Translations under genes and position numbers: made by a program
Origin: Candidatus Latescibacterota bacterium
Lineage (GTDB): Bacteria > Latescibacterota > UBA2968 > GCA-2709665
DNA: 64,000 nucleotides
Direction of reading: 5' to 3'
Assembly: GCA_965203805.1 (NCBI GenBank)
Contig: OZ241917.1
Span: forward strand, 4,608,001-4,672,000
Shown: positions 48,840 through 58,217 of the stretch, in pieces
Position numbering within the stretch: the stretch's first letter is position 1
Layout of the letters: each line of letters begins with the position of its first letter
The notes under the pieces: model-generated
The model's database searches: none
What the model saw: the letters and a program-made list of their open reading frames with translations, nothing else
Told to the model about the DNA's origin: nothing

Positions 48840-49910
48840 ATGTCCGCCGCATCCCGCTTCCGCCCCGCACACATGCACGCCGTCTCCCGCAACCTGCTGA
48901 CGGCTTCCGGCGCCCCACCCCACGTGGCGGAGACCGTTTCCGAAATCCTCGTCAACTCCAACCTCTCCGGCCACGATTCCCATGGGATTCTCCGCATTCC
49001 GACCTATCTGGACGGCATCGCGGGTGGATCGATCGTTCCCGCCGCCGAACCCGAGGTCGTGCGCAAGGGAACGAATACGCTGATTGTCGACGGACACGGC
49101 GGGATGGGCATTTACACCGCGCGAAAAGCCATCGACCTCGCCATCGACAATGCCGCCGGATCGGGAGTATGCTGCATCAGTTTCAGGCGCGTGGGCCACT
49201 TCGGCCGGCTGGGCGAGTACACGGAGATCGCCGCCCGCGCCGGCTGTATCGCCATCATCACCATCGGCGTGGGGACCGTGGACGCCGTCGCGCCGTATGG
49301 CGCAACGCGGGGGCCCCTGGGCACCAACCCCATCGCCGTTGGCGTACCCACAGGCGACGCGGCGCCGTTCATCCTGGACATCGCCACCAGCATCGTGGCG
49401 GAAGGCAAGCTCCAGGTGGCGCGGGCCGAGAAAGCGTCCATCCCCGAGGGGTATATCCTGGACAAGCACGGCAACCCGAGCACCAATCCGCTGGATTTCT
49501 ACGACGGCGGATATCTCCTGCCGTTCGGGGCGCACAAGGGCTCCGGCCTTCTGCTGCTGACCTGCCTGCTGAGCGGACTGTCTGGGGTCCCGGAAGTGGA
49601 AGAGGGCACACTCTCGGGCGCCTACATGCAGGTGATCCGCGTGAGCGCGTTCACGCCGCTGGAGCCCTATCAGCGCGGGATTCGCGCCTTCCTGGATAAC
49701 ATCAAGGCCATCCCTCCGGCGCCCGGCTTCGACGAGGTCCTCGTGCCCGGGGATTTCGAACACCGCACCCGCGTGAAGCGCCTGCGCGAGGGGTTCGACG
49801 TTCCCGCGTCAATCGTGGAGCAGTTGAAGGAACGTGCCGACCGGCTTAACGTGTCCATGTCTGAGGACACCATCGAACCGGGCGATGAGGAAAGGTACGA
49901 GAAGCGGTGA
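48840..49910 (+). CDS. Ldh_2 family oxidoreductase
   Basis: GHDSHG, GHFGRLG, LGTNPIA, LDIATS, PFGAHKGSGL. Confidence 0.9.
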   Translation: MSAASRFRPAHMHAVSRNLLTASGAPPHVAETVSEILVNSNLSGHDSHGILRIPTYLDGIAGGSIVPAAEPEVVRKGTNTLIVDGHGGMGIYTARKAIDLAIDNAAGSGVCCISFRRVGHFGRLGEYTEIAARAGCIAIITIGVGTVDAVAPYGATRGPLGTNPIAVGVPTGDAAPFILDIATSIVAEGKLQVARAEKASIPEGYILDKHGNPSTNPLDFYDGGYLLPFGAHKGSGLLLLTCLLSGLSGVPEVEEGTLSGAYMQVIRVSAFTPLEPYQRGIRAFLDNIKAIPPAPGFDEVLVPGDFEHRTRVKRLREGFDVPASIVEQLKERADRLNVSMSEDTIEPGDEERYEKR

Positions 49911-50119
49911 GACGGAAGACGTTAGACGGTAGATGACATCTTTGCCAGATTGGTTTCTCCTTTTTGCCTCCGGCAAGAAACGAAACCGCACGGGGCAATA
50001 AAACCGGTGAGACGTAAGACGGGAGACGGTAGATGACGTCCTTGCCCGATTGGCTGCTCCTTTATGCCTGCGGCAAGAGATGATACCGAACAGGCAATCA
50101 TGTCTTCTCCCGTCTTACG
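49904..50119 (+). repeat. modular MITE-like element copy E (module A x2)
   Basis: Two tandem module-A units separated by CCGGTGAGACG. Confidence 0.8.
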
Positions 50120-50130
50120 AACGAGACCTA

Positions 50131-50237
50131 CCCCCTATCCCCCTTCCTGCAGGAAGGGGGAAACTGTCATCACTTGAAGACCCTTCGCTTTGCTCCCCCT
50201 CTCCCCCCGGGAGAGGGGGCTGGGGGAGAGGTCTGCG
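50131..50237. repeat. paired G/C-rich palindromes (CCCCCTTCC..GGAAGGGGG; CCCCCTCTCC..GGAGAGGGGG)
   Basis: Read directly; related to 37016-37107 and 48457-48649. Confidence 0.7.
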
Positions 50238-50239
50238 AC

Positions 50240-50302
50240 ATAATATCCGTGCGGCGGTCCCGGAAGGAGGAGATTGAAATCTATGAAAGCGAAAGAACTT
50301 GA
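50240..50302 (+). pseudogene. 3' remnant of a BrnT-family toxin
   Basis: Translates IISVRRSRKEEIEIYESERT*, the typical BrnT C-terminus, overlapping the antitoxin start; the upstream part is replaced by repeats. Confidence 0.7.
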
Positions 50303-50531
50303 CGAAAGGTTCGACACCGGCGAAGACATCACGGAATTCCTGGAGCTAGAACGGGCGAGACGACCTGCTCAGGAACCGAAGCGGGTGAACGTCGATTTTC
50401 CGATATGGATGGTTCACTCCCTGGATCGGGAAGCCGGGCGCCTGGGTGTCACGCGGCAGTCCATCATCAAGTTCTGGATCGCGGAGAAACTGAAACTGGT
50501 GTCATCCGGAAGCGGCGTAAAGTCCGAATGA
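50283..50531 (+). CDS. BrnA/CopG-type ribbon-helix-helix antitoxin
   Basis: MKAKELDERFDTGEDI...KRVNVDFP.WM..SLD.EA.RLGVTRQSIIK.WIAE. Confidence 0.85.
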   Translation: MKAKELDERFDTGEDITEFLELERARRPAQEPKRVNVDFPIWMVHSLDREAGRLGVTRQSIIKFWIAEKLKLVSSGSGVKSE

Positions 50532-50545
50532 ACCCATGGGCGCAC

Positions 50546-50581
50546 AAAAACCGGGGGAGGAAGACTCCGCCCCCGGTTTTT
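50546..50581. terminator. bidirectional intrinsic terminator
   Basis: AAAAACCGGGG...CCCCGGTTTTT between convergent genes. Confidence 0.8.
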
Positions 50582-50600
50582 GTGTTTTTTCGCGGCGCAC

Positions 50601-51194
50601 CTATACGTGCGGGCCGCGTTCCCTGATGATCCGCAGCGCCAGGTCCGGATCGATCTGCACGATCATCTCCGGCTCGATCTTGCAATGACCGGGCAGGTCG
50701 AACCCCGCCACCGCACTCCTCGCGTGCCATCCGGACAGCGACGCGTCCATCCCGTCTTCCCCGAACCGCGACCCCGGCCCGCCGAACACGTCGTGAAAGA
50801 CCGTGCTGTACCCGTCCACGACCTGCGGCGACTTCGAGAAAGATCCGCCGCCGGCGGAATTCACCATTCCGATGCATTTTACGCAATACCACACGTCGTT
50901 GAGCGTCCCGTACGGGTCCAGCGCCCAATGCAGCGTCACGACGTGGGAAATGCCCGCTTCCCGGCCGGCCTCGAAACCGGCTTCCACGTCCGCGTCGTCG
51001 TTGGTGACCGCGCCGATCCCACCGCCTGTGCCGGACGTAAACACCAGCCCGGAAGGCGTGAACGTGGCCATGCAGATCCGCCTTCCCTGGGGCGCCGGAC
51101 ACGCGTCCTCCCTGGACCCCAGATCGATCCCGAGTTCCTTCAGCCGGTCGTAAACGTCGAAGTCACGATGCCACGAACTGTGCATTTCCGCCAT
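50601..51194 (-). CDS. RidA/YjgF-like family protein
   Basis: LVFTSG, VKCIGMVN, VVDGYS..FHDVFG, HARSAVA..LP. Confidence 0.7.
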   Translation of the reverse strand: MAEMHSSWHRDFDVYDRLKELGIDLGSREDACPAPQGRRICMATFTPSGLVFTSGTGGGIGAVTNDDADVEAGFEAGREAGISHVVTLHWALDPYGTLNDVWYCVKCIGMVNSAGGGSFSKSPQVVDGYSTVFHDVFGGPGSRFGEDGMDASLSGWHARSAVAGFDLPGHCKIEPEMIVQIDPDLALRIIRERGPHV

Positions 51195-51340
51195 GTGCTC
51201 TCCTCTGTTTGAGATAGCGATTGAAAACGACCATTCAAAATAAAGTGTTCGTAAGCAATGTCAAGCCCCGATGACGTTACGGACTCGCGGATCCCTCCGG
51301 CAGGGAAGGTCGCCGAATCCGGGCTCTCCTTCGGGTTCCG

Positions 51341-52411
51341 CTACCAGATCGTGGCGGCGATATACCGTTCCCCGTCGGGCTCGTCGTCGTAATAATAGGC
51401 CGAGACGACCCTGCCGTCCGGACGCTGGACCGCGCGGGGATAGCCGACGTCGTGGTCCCCGCCGTCGTCCCGCAGGATCACGGGGGCGGTCCACGTCGCG
51501 CCCTCGTCTTCGCTCAACACCGCCCGGAGCCCCGACGGCGCGTCGCGGTACCCGTACACCAGACACAGACGTCCGTCACCGAGCAGCATCATCGCGGGTG
51601 GGTTGCCGCCCGTGCCGGTTTCCGCGACCGGCCGGTTCATATAGCGCCATGTCTCCGCGTTGTCGTCGGAGCCGTACAGGTCGATCCAGTTGCCGTCCCT
51701 GCTCTCGCCGCCTCCGCGGCATCGCACGGCCACGAGAATTCGGCCGTCCGGAAGCCTGACGCTGGCCGGCATGATGGCGAATCCCTCGGGTTCCGCTCCG
51801 ATCCAGGACAGGAACTCGAACGTCCTCCCGCCGTCGGTGGTCCGCGCGCAGAACGCCCTGCCCTCGCGACCGTTAGACTTGGCCGACGTCAGGAATAGCG
51901 TGCACGTATCCCTGCCATCCAGCAGATAGTCCGTCCGGGCGGCGATGCCCGGCAGTCCGAACATGGGCAGACCGAACGGACCGTCCCAGGAGCGGCAACG
52001 GTCGGTCGACGTGTAGAACCACGACCGCGCGCCGGCGGAGAGACCGGTCCGGGCACACATCATCGCGAAGTCCGGGTGGCTGAAATCGATCCCTCCCGGG
52101 TGCCCCACGGGCAGCGCGGCCGCCACTTCTGTCTCCAGCGAGCGGTTCACATGCTCGTTCGCCGATACTCCCTTACCTTCCGGAGAGGCGATCGGTATCG
52201 GTTCGACCGTCCAGTTGAGACCGCCGTCGAGACTGCGCGCCTGCATGGTTTCGAACGGCCGGTCCCGATCTCGCCGGTGAAATCCGCCGTCCGATTTGTG
52301 GTACCCCAGCGTGAACCCCACCACGATTTCGTTTTCCCACGACCAGATTCCGTAATTGGCCGGCCATCCGGCGTATCGCCCTTTTTCCTTGTAAATGACG
52401 ACATGTTCCAT
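51341..52411 (-). CDS. sialidase-like BNR/Asp-box repeat protein
   Basis: RSLDGGLNW, STDRCRSW, TTDGGRTF, SDDNAETW, SEDEGATW; DVGYP. Confidence 0.85.
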   Translation of the reverse strand: MEHVVIYKEKGRYAGWPANYGIWSWENEIVVGFTLGYHKSDGGFHRRDRDRPFETMQARSLDGGLNWTVEPIPIASPEGKGVSANEHVNRSLETEVAAALPVGHPGGIDFSHPDFAMMCARTGLSAGARSWFYTSTDRCRSWDGPFGLPMFGLPGIAARTDYLLDGRDTCTLFLTSAKSNGREGRAFCARTTDGGRTFEFLSWIGAEPEGFAIMPASVRLPDGRILVAVRCRGGGESRDGNWIDLYGSDDNAETWRYMNRPVAETGTGGNPPAMMLLGDGRLCLVYGYRDAPSGLRAVLSEDEGATWTAPVILRDDGGDHDVGYPRAVQRPDGRVVSAYYYDDEPDGERYIAATIW

Positions 52412-52452
52412 ATTTCGCACTCCAGTTGTTAACCTGTATCTAAATGTAGTTC

Positions 52453-53007
52453 TCAACGAGAGGGGTACGGTGAATATACGGGCGTGACCTCGATTCGATG
52501 GCTGCATGTTCCGCACGTGATCAGGATTTCTACGAGCACATTCGCCATTCGATTCCGCGCCCCGCAGCCCGTGCAGCCAATTATACGCGGCGGAAGAGGT
52601 TGTGGCAAGAAACCGGCCCGAGGTGTCTTTCCAAGAGGGATCGGACATATGCTTGCGGCGGAGTCCATCGCACGCACTATTTCAGGTAAAGCCGCCTCGA
52701 AGAATTCTCTTCCGGGATTGACTCGGTATTCTTGCAAAGCCTGATGCGTAAGTCCTTCAGCAACGTCGCGGTCTGCCACGTGGACGAAGTAAACTAACTG
52801 AAACTCGCGGTATACCGACGTCGATGCACTCAATTCTGATACCCGTTCGAAAGGCGGACGCGACGACTGGCCGATCTTGAATACTGAGTCTGCAAATGAC
52901 TTGTTTCGGCATGCATATATCCAGCCAACACGTTTGTACTCGCGCCGCCTCTTATCCAGCGAAGCGATCGCGGCAAAACTCTGTTCTATCGGATCAACCA
53001 AATCCAT
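52453..53007 (-). CDS. T5orf172/MUG113-type GIY-YIG domain protein with C-terminal zinc ribbon (start 53007 or 53028)
   Basis: GWIY...FKIG.S..PFERV.EL...TSV...E...H..L..YRVNPGREFF; CTGC...CGTC. Confidence 0.8.
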   Translation of the reverse strand: MDLVDPIEQSFAAIASLDKRRREYKRVGWIYACRNKSFADSVFKIGQSSRPPFERVSELSASTSVYREFQLVYFVHVADRDVAEGLTHQALQEYRVNPGREFFEAALPEIVRAMDSAASICPIPLGKTPRAGFLPQPLPPRIIGCTGCGARNRMANVLVEILITCGTCSHRIEVTPVYSPYPSR

Positions 53008-53489
53008 GTTCGTTGTCCTTTCCGGCAAAGAGGCCTGAGATTCAAATACAGCCAGCGACTATTATGGTTCGACTAATTCACACATATCCTTTTAGATCAC
53101 CTACATAACTGCACGCACATCGACACGTACCCAAATACTGCAGAAATAACCCTCGGGTGGGCATCGCACAGAAAGGCCATTCAGCCGCATTCACTTCATT
53201 GCCATTTGAGATTCCACCAATCAATCAGGTCTGCGTTTGTCCATTGGTTCAGATTCCCGATGAATCAGATGCCTGAAAGCCCACTTCCCTGAATTCATGA
53301 TATCGTTTCTACGAGTCGATTCGAATGCGGAGTCCCACATTCGCTTAGCCGTCAAGGTGCTTGACTCACATTCTCCTTTGGGACCGATTGGAACACCAGC
53401 CCAGCGCAAATCCGCCTTGTGCGCCGTGACAGGCGGCATTATTCTATACCGGTCACAGCAAACAGCTTCTAAATAGAAAGGACTCTTCG

Positions 53490-54134
53490 ATGGACACACT
53501 GCAACTCGCGCCGCCTCCCAACGCCTTCGTCCTGTTCAACGGCCGGGATCTCAGCAACTGGACCTCCGTCGACGGCGGCGAACCCGGCTGGTCCGTGGAA
53601 GACGGCATCCTGCAGGTCGTGCCCCGCTCCGGGAATATCGTGCATACCGAACCCCTGACCGATTTCTATATGCACCTGGAATTCCGATGCCCGGACATGC
53701 CCGAGGCCACGGGACAGGCCAAGGGCAACAGCGGCGTCTTTCTCCACGGACTCTATGAGATTCAGGTCCTGGATTCGTCGGGGATCAACATTCCGGGCAC
53801 AGGAGACTGCGGCGCCTTCTACGATCAGTCGGCGCCCCTAGTGAACGCGTGCAGACCGGCCATGGAATGGCAGACGTACGATATCTGCTTCCGCGCGCCG
53901 CGTCTGAACGAGACGGGCGAGATGTCCGAACACGCCCGCGCCACCGTTCTCCAAAACGGCATCGTGATCCAGAACAACGTGGAGATCTCAGGCCCGACGG
54001 GTTCCGCCTCGAATAAGCCGGTGGAAACCTCCGGTCCGCTGCTCCTGCAGGACCACGGAGACCGGGTCGCCTTCCGGAACATCTGGGCGGTGCCCCTTCC
54101 ACTAACGGGATCCGATACCTACGAACCGAGATAG
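53490..54134 (+). CDS. DUF1080 (3-keto-disaccharide hydrolase-like) protein
   Basis: LFNGRDLSNW, GNSGVF, YEIQVLD, WQTYDI, LQDHG..V.FRNIW. Confidence 0.9.
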   Translation: MDTLQLAPPPNAFVLFNGRDLSNWTSVDGGEPGWSVEDGILQVVPRSGNIVHTEPLTDFYMHLEFRCPDMPEATGQAKGNSGVFLHGLYEIQVLDSSGINIPGTGDCGAFYDQSAPLVNACRPAMEWQTYDICFRAPRLNETGEMSEHARATVLQNGIVIQNNVEISGPTGSASNKPVETSGPLLLQDHGDRVAFRNIWAVPLPLTGSDTYEPR

Positions 54135-54208
54135 CACTCGCATCCGGGAGACTGAAATTCACGGCAGATCGGCCTGAACTGAAACAAATCCCCATTTAAT
54201 CCGGACCT

Positions 54209-54805
54209 ATGACCGACACCATGGAACTGAAAAGCCTGGATACGGACCCCCGCCTCCTCAGGTTCGCCCTCAACGGGAGCGGCGTCGACGGGCCCTCCTT
54301 CGATGCCTGGAAGCAGGCCCGATCGTTCATCGCCTCCGCGATCCACAGGCCCGGAACCCTGCTCGACATCGGCTGCGCCAACGGTTTTCTGCTGCGCTGT
54401 CTCGCCGAGTGGAGCAACCACCAACTCACCCCGTTCGGTTTCGACGCCAGCGCGGGCAGGGTCCGGGATACCGCACGGTTTTTCCCCGCGCAAAGCGAAC
54501 GGTTCGCCCGCCTTCCGGTCGAGCGGCTGGCGGAGATCGATGCTCACGGTCTTCCCAAAGCGTACGATTTCGTCTATTGGGCGGTCTGGGACAACTACCG
54601 TTTCGACAGACCCGAACGAATCGACCTTCTCGAACGTGCGTTAGAGAGCGTAAGGGACGACGGGCGGCTGATCCTGGGCTTCTACGACCGCGAGCCGGAG
54701 ACGATTGAAAATAAAATCGCCCAGATCCGGGCGCTCAACCTGGGGCATGCCGTCCGCGCGGCCAATCCGAACGGACCGCAAGTACTGCTCAGGATATCGA
54801 AATAG
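54209..54805 (+). CDS. class I SAM-dependent methyltransferase-like protein
   Basis: LLDIGCANGFLL motif I. Confidence 0.7.
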   Translation: MTDTMELKSLDTDPRLLRFALNGSGVDGPSFDAWKQARSFIASAIHRPGTLLDIGCANGFLLRCLAEWSNHQLTPFGFDASAGRVRDTARFFPAQSERFARLPVERLAEIDAHGLPKAYDFVYWAVWDNYRFDRPERIDLLERALESVRDDGRLILGFYDREPETIENKIAQIRALNLGHAVRAANPNGPQVLLRISK

Positions 54806-54943
54806 CAAAGGCGGTGAGCAAAAGCGGTGAGACGTGAGACGGCCCGTCCGCCCGAATTTTCGATGTTTTGTTTGTAAAGGTTTTCCGTTTGATTTTGCTT
54901 TTGGCTGACTGCTGATAGCCGACCGCTGATCGCTGCCTCACCC

Positions 54944-55408
54944 TCATCTCATGATCACGTCTTCGAACTCCTGGAACATTTCGATGCTGATTCCGTCCGG
55001 ATCCAGCGCGTACATCGCGCGGGCGACCACCACCCCGTCCCGGTCCACGTCGGTGGGCGGATTGATCGAGCCGTAACCCGCCTCGGTCAGTTGTGCAAAA
55101 ATCGCATCCACGTCGTCCACCTCGAACGCAACGTGCGATGCGCCCAGATAGCGGTTTTCCTGGGGTCGCGCTTCGACTTCGGGATGCACGTACTGAACAA
55201 GCTCCAGGATGAACTCGTTCACGGGATGCCGCAGGATCGCAATCATCAAATGGACCTGATCGTAGCCCAGAATCGTATCGTACGAGGGTATGTCCTTCCG
55301 CTCGGATATCCGCACCAGTTCCATTCCGAGCAGATCCCGGTAGAACGAGACCGAACGATCCAGGTCAGATACGGTAAATCCGTGATGGTGCCCCATGACA
55401 ATGCCCAT
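54944..55408 (-). CDS. VOC/glyoxalase family protein
   Basis: HHGFTVSDLDRSVSFYRDLLG, HVAFEV, DPDGISIE. Confidence 0.9.
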   Translation of the reverse strand: MGIVMGHHHGFTVSDLDRSVSFYRDLLGMELVRISERKDIPSYDTILGYDQVHLMIAILRHPVNEFILELVQYVHPEVEARPQENRYLGASHVAFEVDDVDAIFAQLTEAGYGSINPPTDVDRDGVVVARAMYALDPDGISIEMFQEFEDVIMR

Positions 55409-55704
55409 TTCTCTTCGCTCCCTGAAAGTGAATAGAGGCTTGCGACGCATACCCCAACAGCGCCGGTCGTGACCCGTCACGTCTTCCGCCGGCCGATATC
55501 CGGTTCGGCTAATATAAAGCCTGACCCTATAATATCAAGGCCGGCTTGAGACGGCACGGGCAGATGACGTGCGTGATCGCCAGATTCAGGGAACTCCCGG
55601 CCCGGCGCGGTCGTCTATATTGAACCAGTCGAGGCCGGGCCCGCCCAATCGTTGGGCAACCTCCCGCCCGGTCCGTTCTCATACCGTTTCAAAGGAGTTC
55701 GTCC

Positions 55705-56136
55705 ATGCGAATCCGAAGCACGCTTTCCCTGGCAGCCCTTTCCCTTCTGCTGATCGCCGGACCCGGTTTCGCGGGTGCAGTCGAGGTGCCGGGCGAAGGC
55801 GATCCGGCCCTTTACGTCGTGAAAGTACACGCCGACTGGTGCGGGTCATGTACGGCGCTGACTCCGGTCCTGGAGGAGGTCCGGGCGTCTCTTGCGGACA
55901 AGCCCGTCCTCTTTCTCGAACTCGACGTGACCGACGCGAAACGCACCGCCCAGTCCCGATTGCTGGCCGCCGCCCTCGGGATCGAGGAGCCGTTCAAGGC
56001 CAACAACAAGACAGGCCTCGTAATGCTCATCGATCCTGCCAAAAAGGCCGTCGTGGAAACCCTCACGCGCAAGAATCCCGCGGAGGAGATGACCGGAAAG
56101 ATCAAGGCGCACATCGCCATGGACGGGAAATCCTGA
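55705..56136 (+). CDS. exported thioredoxin-like protein
   Basis: Signal peptide; HADWCGSC. Confidence 0.8.
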   Translation: MRIRSTLSLAALSLLLIAGPGFAGAVEVPGEGDPALYVVKVHADWCGSCTALTPVLEEVRASLADKPVLFLELDVTDAKRTAQSRLLAAALGIEEPFKANNKTGLVMLIDPAKKAVVETLTRKNPAEEMTGKIKAHIAMDGKS

Positions 56137-56196
56137 GCATGGATGGCTGAGCTGCGCGCGGATATGCGCGCGTCCCATCAGGGAGGGGGAGTCCGG

Positions 56197-57264
56197 ATGA
56201 TCATTGAGAAAATCACGGCCACAAGCGTCAGTATCCCCTACGCCGCACCGGTCGGACCGTACGTCGGTCGCGGCGCCGGCGGGGGCACGCTGGGCGGAAC
56301 CGGTCTCATTGTCAGGATCGAGTCGGATTCCGGGCTGGTGGGATGGGGTGAAGGCACCGGCGGTTTTGAGGCGGACCCGAACGCGATCCTGGCGGGCAGC
56401 CACGTTTCTGACATCGAAAAAGCGATCGGACGCATGGAAAATGCGGGCATCCCGAGGGGTCCGATGTCCGGCGTCGAAATGGCGCTCTGGGACCTCCTGG
56501 GCAAGCACGCCGGGCTGCCGGTATGCCGCCTGATGGGCGGTATTGTGCGCACCGAAGTCGACTTCACCGCATGCATGGGCCTGAAGGAACCCGAACAGTC
56601 CGCCGCCACGGCCCGGGAGTATATCGACCGCTGGGGGTTTCGTTTCATCAAGACGAAAGCCGGCAACGATCCAGCGCAGGACCTGGCCATTGCCGAAGCC
56701 GCCTGCAGGGAGATCGGCGACGAAGCCGTATTCCGGCCGGATGCGAACGGCGGCTACCCGCCGGAAGAAACGCTGGATATCATGAAGAAGATGGCGGACC
56801 TGGGCGTCGCGCACTTCGAAGACCCGTGCCACACCGAGCATGTGGAAACGCTCGCGCGGGTGCGCAGCGAGATCGGCACGCACATCCTCGTCAACGGAGG
56901 TGTGGCCCTGCCCGGAAGCATCCGGCCCTTCCTGGAGGGTGACGCCGCCGACTCTCTGATGCCGGATACCCCGGCCGCCGGCGCGATGCTTCGCGTCAGG
57001 AAGATCGCTGACGCGGCCGAGCCGTGGAACGTCCCCTGTTTGATGCACTGCTCGCACGACCTGGGCCTCAAGACCGCCGCGATCACCCATATCGCCGCCG
57101 CAACGCCCAACTTCTCGGGGCCCAATGACACCTGCTACCACGGGTTGGTGGACGACGTTCTGGCCGAACCCTTCGCGTTCGAAAACGGGCAGCTGAAGGT
57201 CCCTCTCGGCCCGGGCCTTGGCGTGGAAGTCGACGAATCCAAGGTTGAGAGGTACCGGGTCTGA
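56197..57264 (+). CDS. mandelate racemase/muconate lactonizing enzyme family
   Basis: GWGE, VEMALWDLLGK, KTK, PDANGG, FEDP, GPGLG. Confidence 0.9.
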   Translation: MIIEKITATSVSIPYAAPVGPYVGRGAGGGTLGGTGLIVRIESDSGLVGWGEGTGGFEADPNAILAGSHVSDIEKAIGRMENAGIPRGPMSGVEMALWDLLGKHAGLPVCRLMGGIVRTEVDFTACMGLKEPEQSAATAREYIDRWGFRFIKTKAGNDPAQDLAIAEAACREIGDEAVFRPDANGGYPPEETLDIMKKMADLGVAHFEDPCHTEHVETLARVRSEIGTHILVNGGVALPGSIRPFLEGDAADSLMPDTPAAGAMLRVRKIADAAEPWNVPCLMHCSHDLGLKTAAITHIAAATPNFSGPNDTCYHGLVDDVLAEPFAFENGQLKVPLGPGLGVEVDESKVERYRV

Positions 57265-57349
57265 TCCCCGGTCGGCCCTTCGCCCGGTTGTCGCCAGGAC
57301 GGGGCCGGCCGCCTCCGCGAATATTCCGACTCAAGCCGAAAGGCCTGGT

Positions 57350-58189
57350 ATGGACGCCGTGCGCGTTGACGACCGCGACTGGTCCGCGCTGACCCTGGGC
57401 GAACGCATCCGCCAGATAGAACTCGACGGTTACGTCGTCGTGCGCGATCTGCTCACTCCGGGACATGTGGCCTCGCTAAAGGCCGAGACCGCCCGGCTGG
57501 AGACCCGGCCGGTGGACTACAGCGTCCACCAGCAGGTCTGTCCGAATCTGCAGTTCACCGGCGGGCCCATCACCGAACTCATCGCCCATCCGCCCACCCT
57601 CGCCTTCCTGAACGAACTCTTCGGCGGGGTTCCCATCTTCATGTCGTACACATATGCCCGTTCCGAACCCGGCCATCCGGGCATCAGCCTCCACACGGAC
57701 GGGCAGCCCTACGGCTCTCAGATTTTCGGGTACGGCGGCAGCGTGCCGTTCATGGTCCGGGCGCTCTATTATCTGGACGACCTCACGCGAGACGTCTCGC
57801 CGTTCCGCGTGATCCCTCGCTCCCACCTGTCCATGCACGCCGACGCGAACCCGTACAAACGCTACGAGGACCATCCCGAACAGGTGATGGTCCCCGTTGA
57901 AGCCGGCAGCGCCGTTCTGATCAACCACAAAGTCTTTCACGGGAATTTCCCGAACACCGGCGCCCACGCCCGGGAAATGCTGGCTATTGCCTACCGCCCC
58001 GCCTGGGCCGGACCGATCGATGAAGTCCCGGCGTGGGACAAGGCCGATCTGGCCGCCCTGCCCGAAACCGTGCGTCCCCTCTTCGCCGATCCCAACACCC
58101 GCCACTGGAACTTTCACGGCGGCAACAAGTCTGCCAATATGGCCAGCGAGGCCACCGGCATCAATCCCAGCCGCTGGGATCGTCGATAG
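57350..58189 (+). CDS. phytanoyl-CoA dioxygenase family protein
   Basis: LHTD, YYLDDL, VIPRSH, VFHG. Confidence 0.85.
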   Translation: MDAVRVDDRDWSALTLGERIRQIELDGYVVVRDLLTPGHVASLKAETARLETRPVDYSVHQQVCPNLQFTGGPITELIAHPPTLAFLNELFGGVPIFMSYTYARSEPGHPGISLHTDGQPYGSQIFGYGGSVPFMVRALYYLDDLTRDVSPFRVIPRSHLSMHADANPYKRYEDHPEQVMVPVEAGSAVLINHKVFHGNFPNTGAHAREMLAIAYRPAWAGPIDEVPAWDKADLAALPETVRPLFADPNTRHWNFHGGNKSANMASEATGINPSRWDRR

Positions 58190-58217
58190 CGCCCCGCGCG
58201 CAGCCGCCGGCCGCGGC

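Noticed and set aside
28736-50237. Possible CRISPR array from recurring repeats
   Set aside because: Copies are dispersed and degenerate, with no regular repeat-spacer period and no cas genes.
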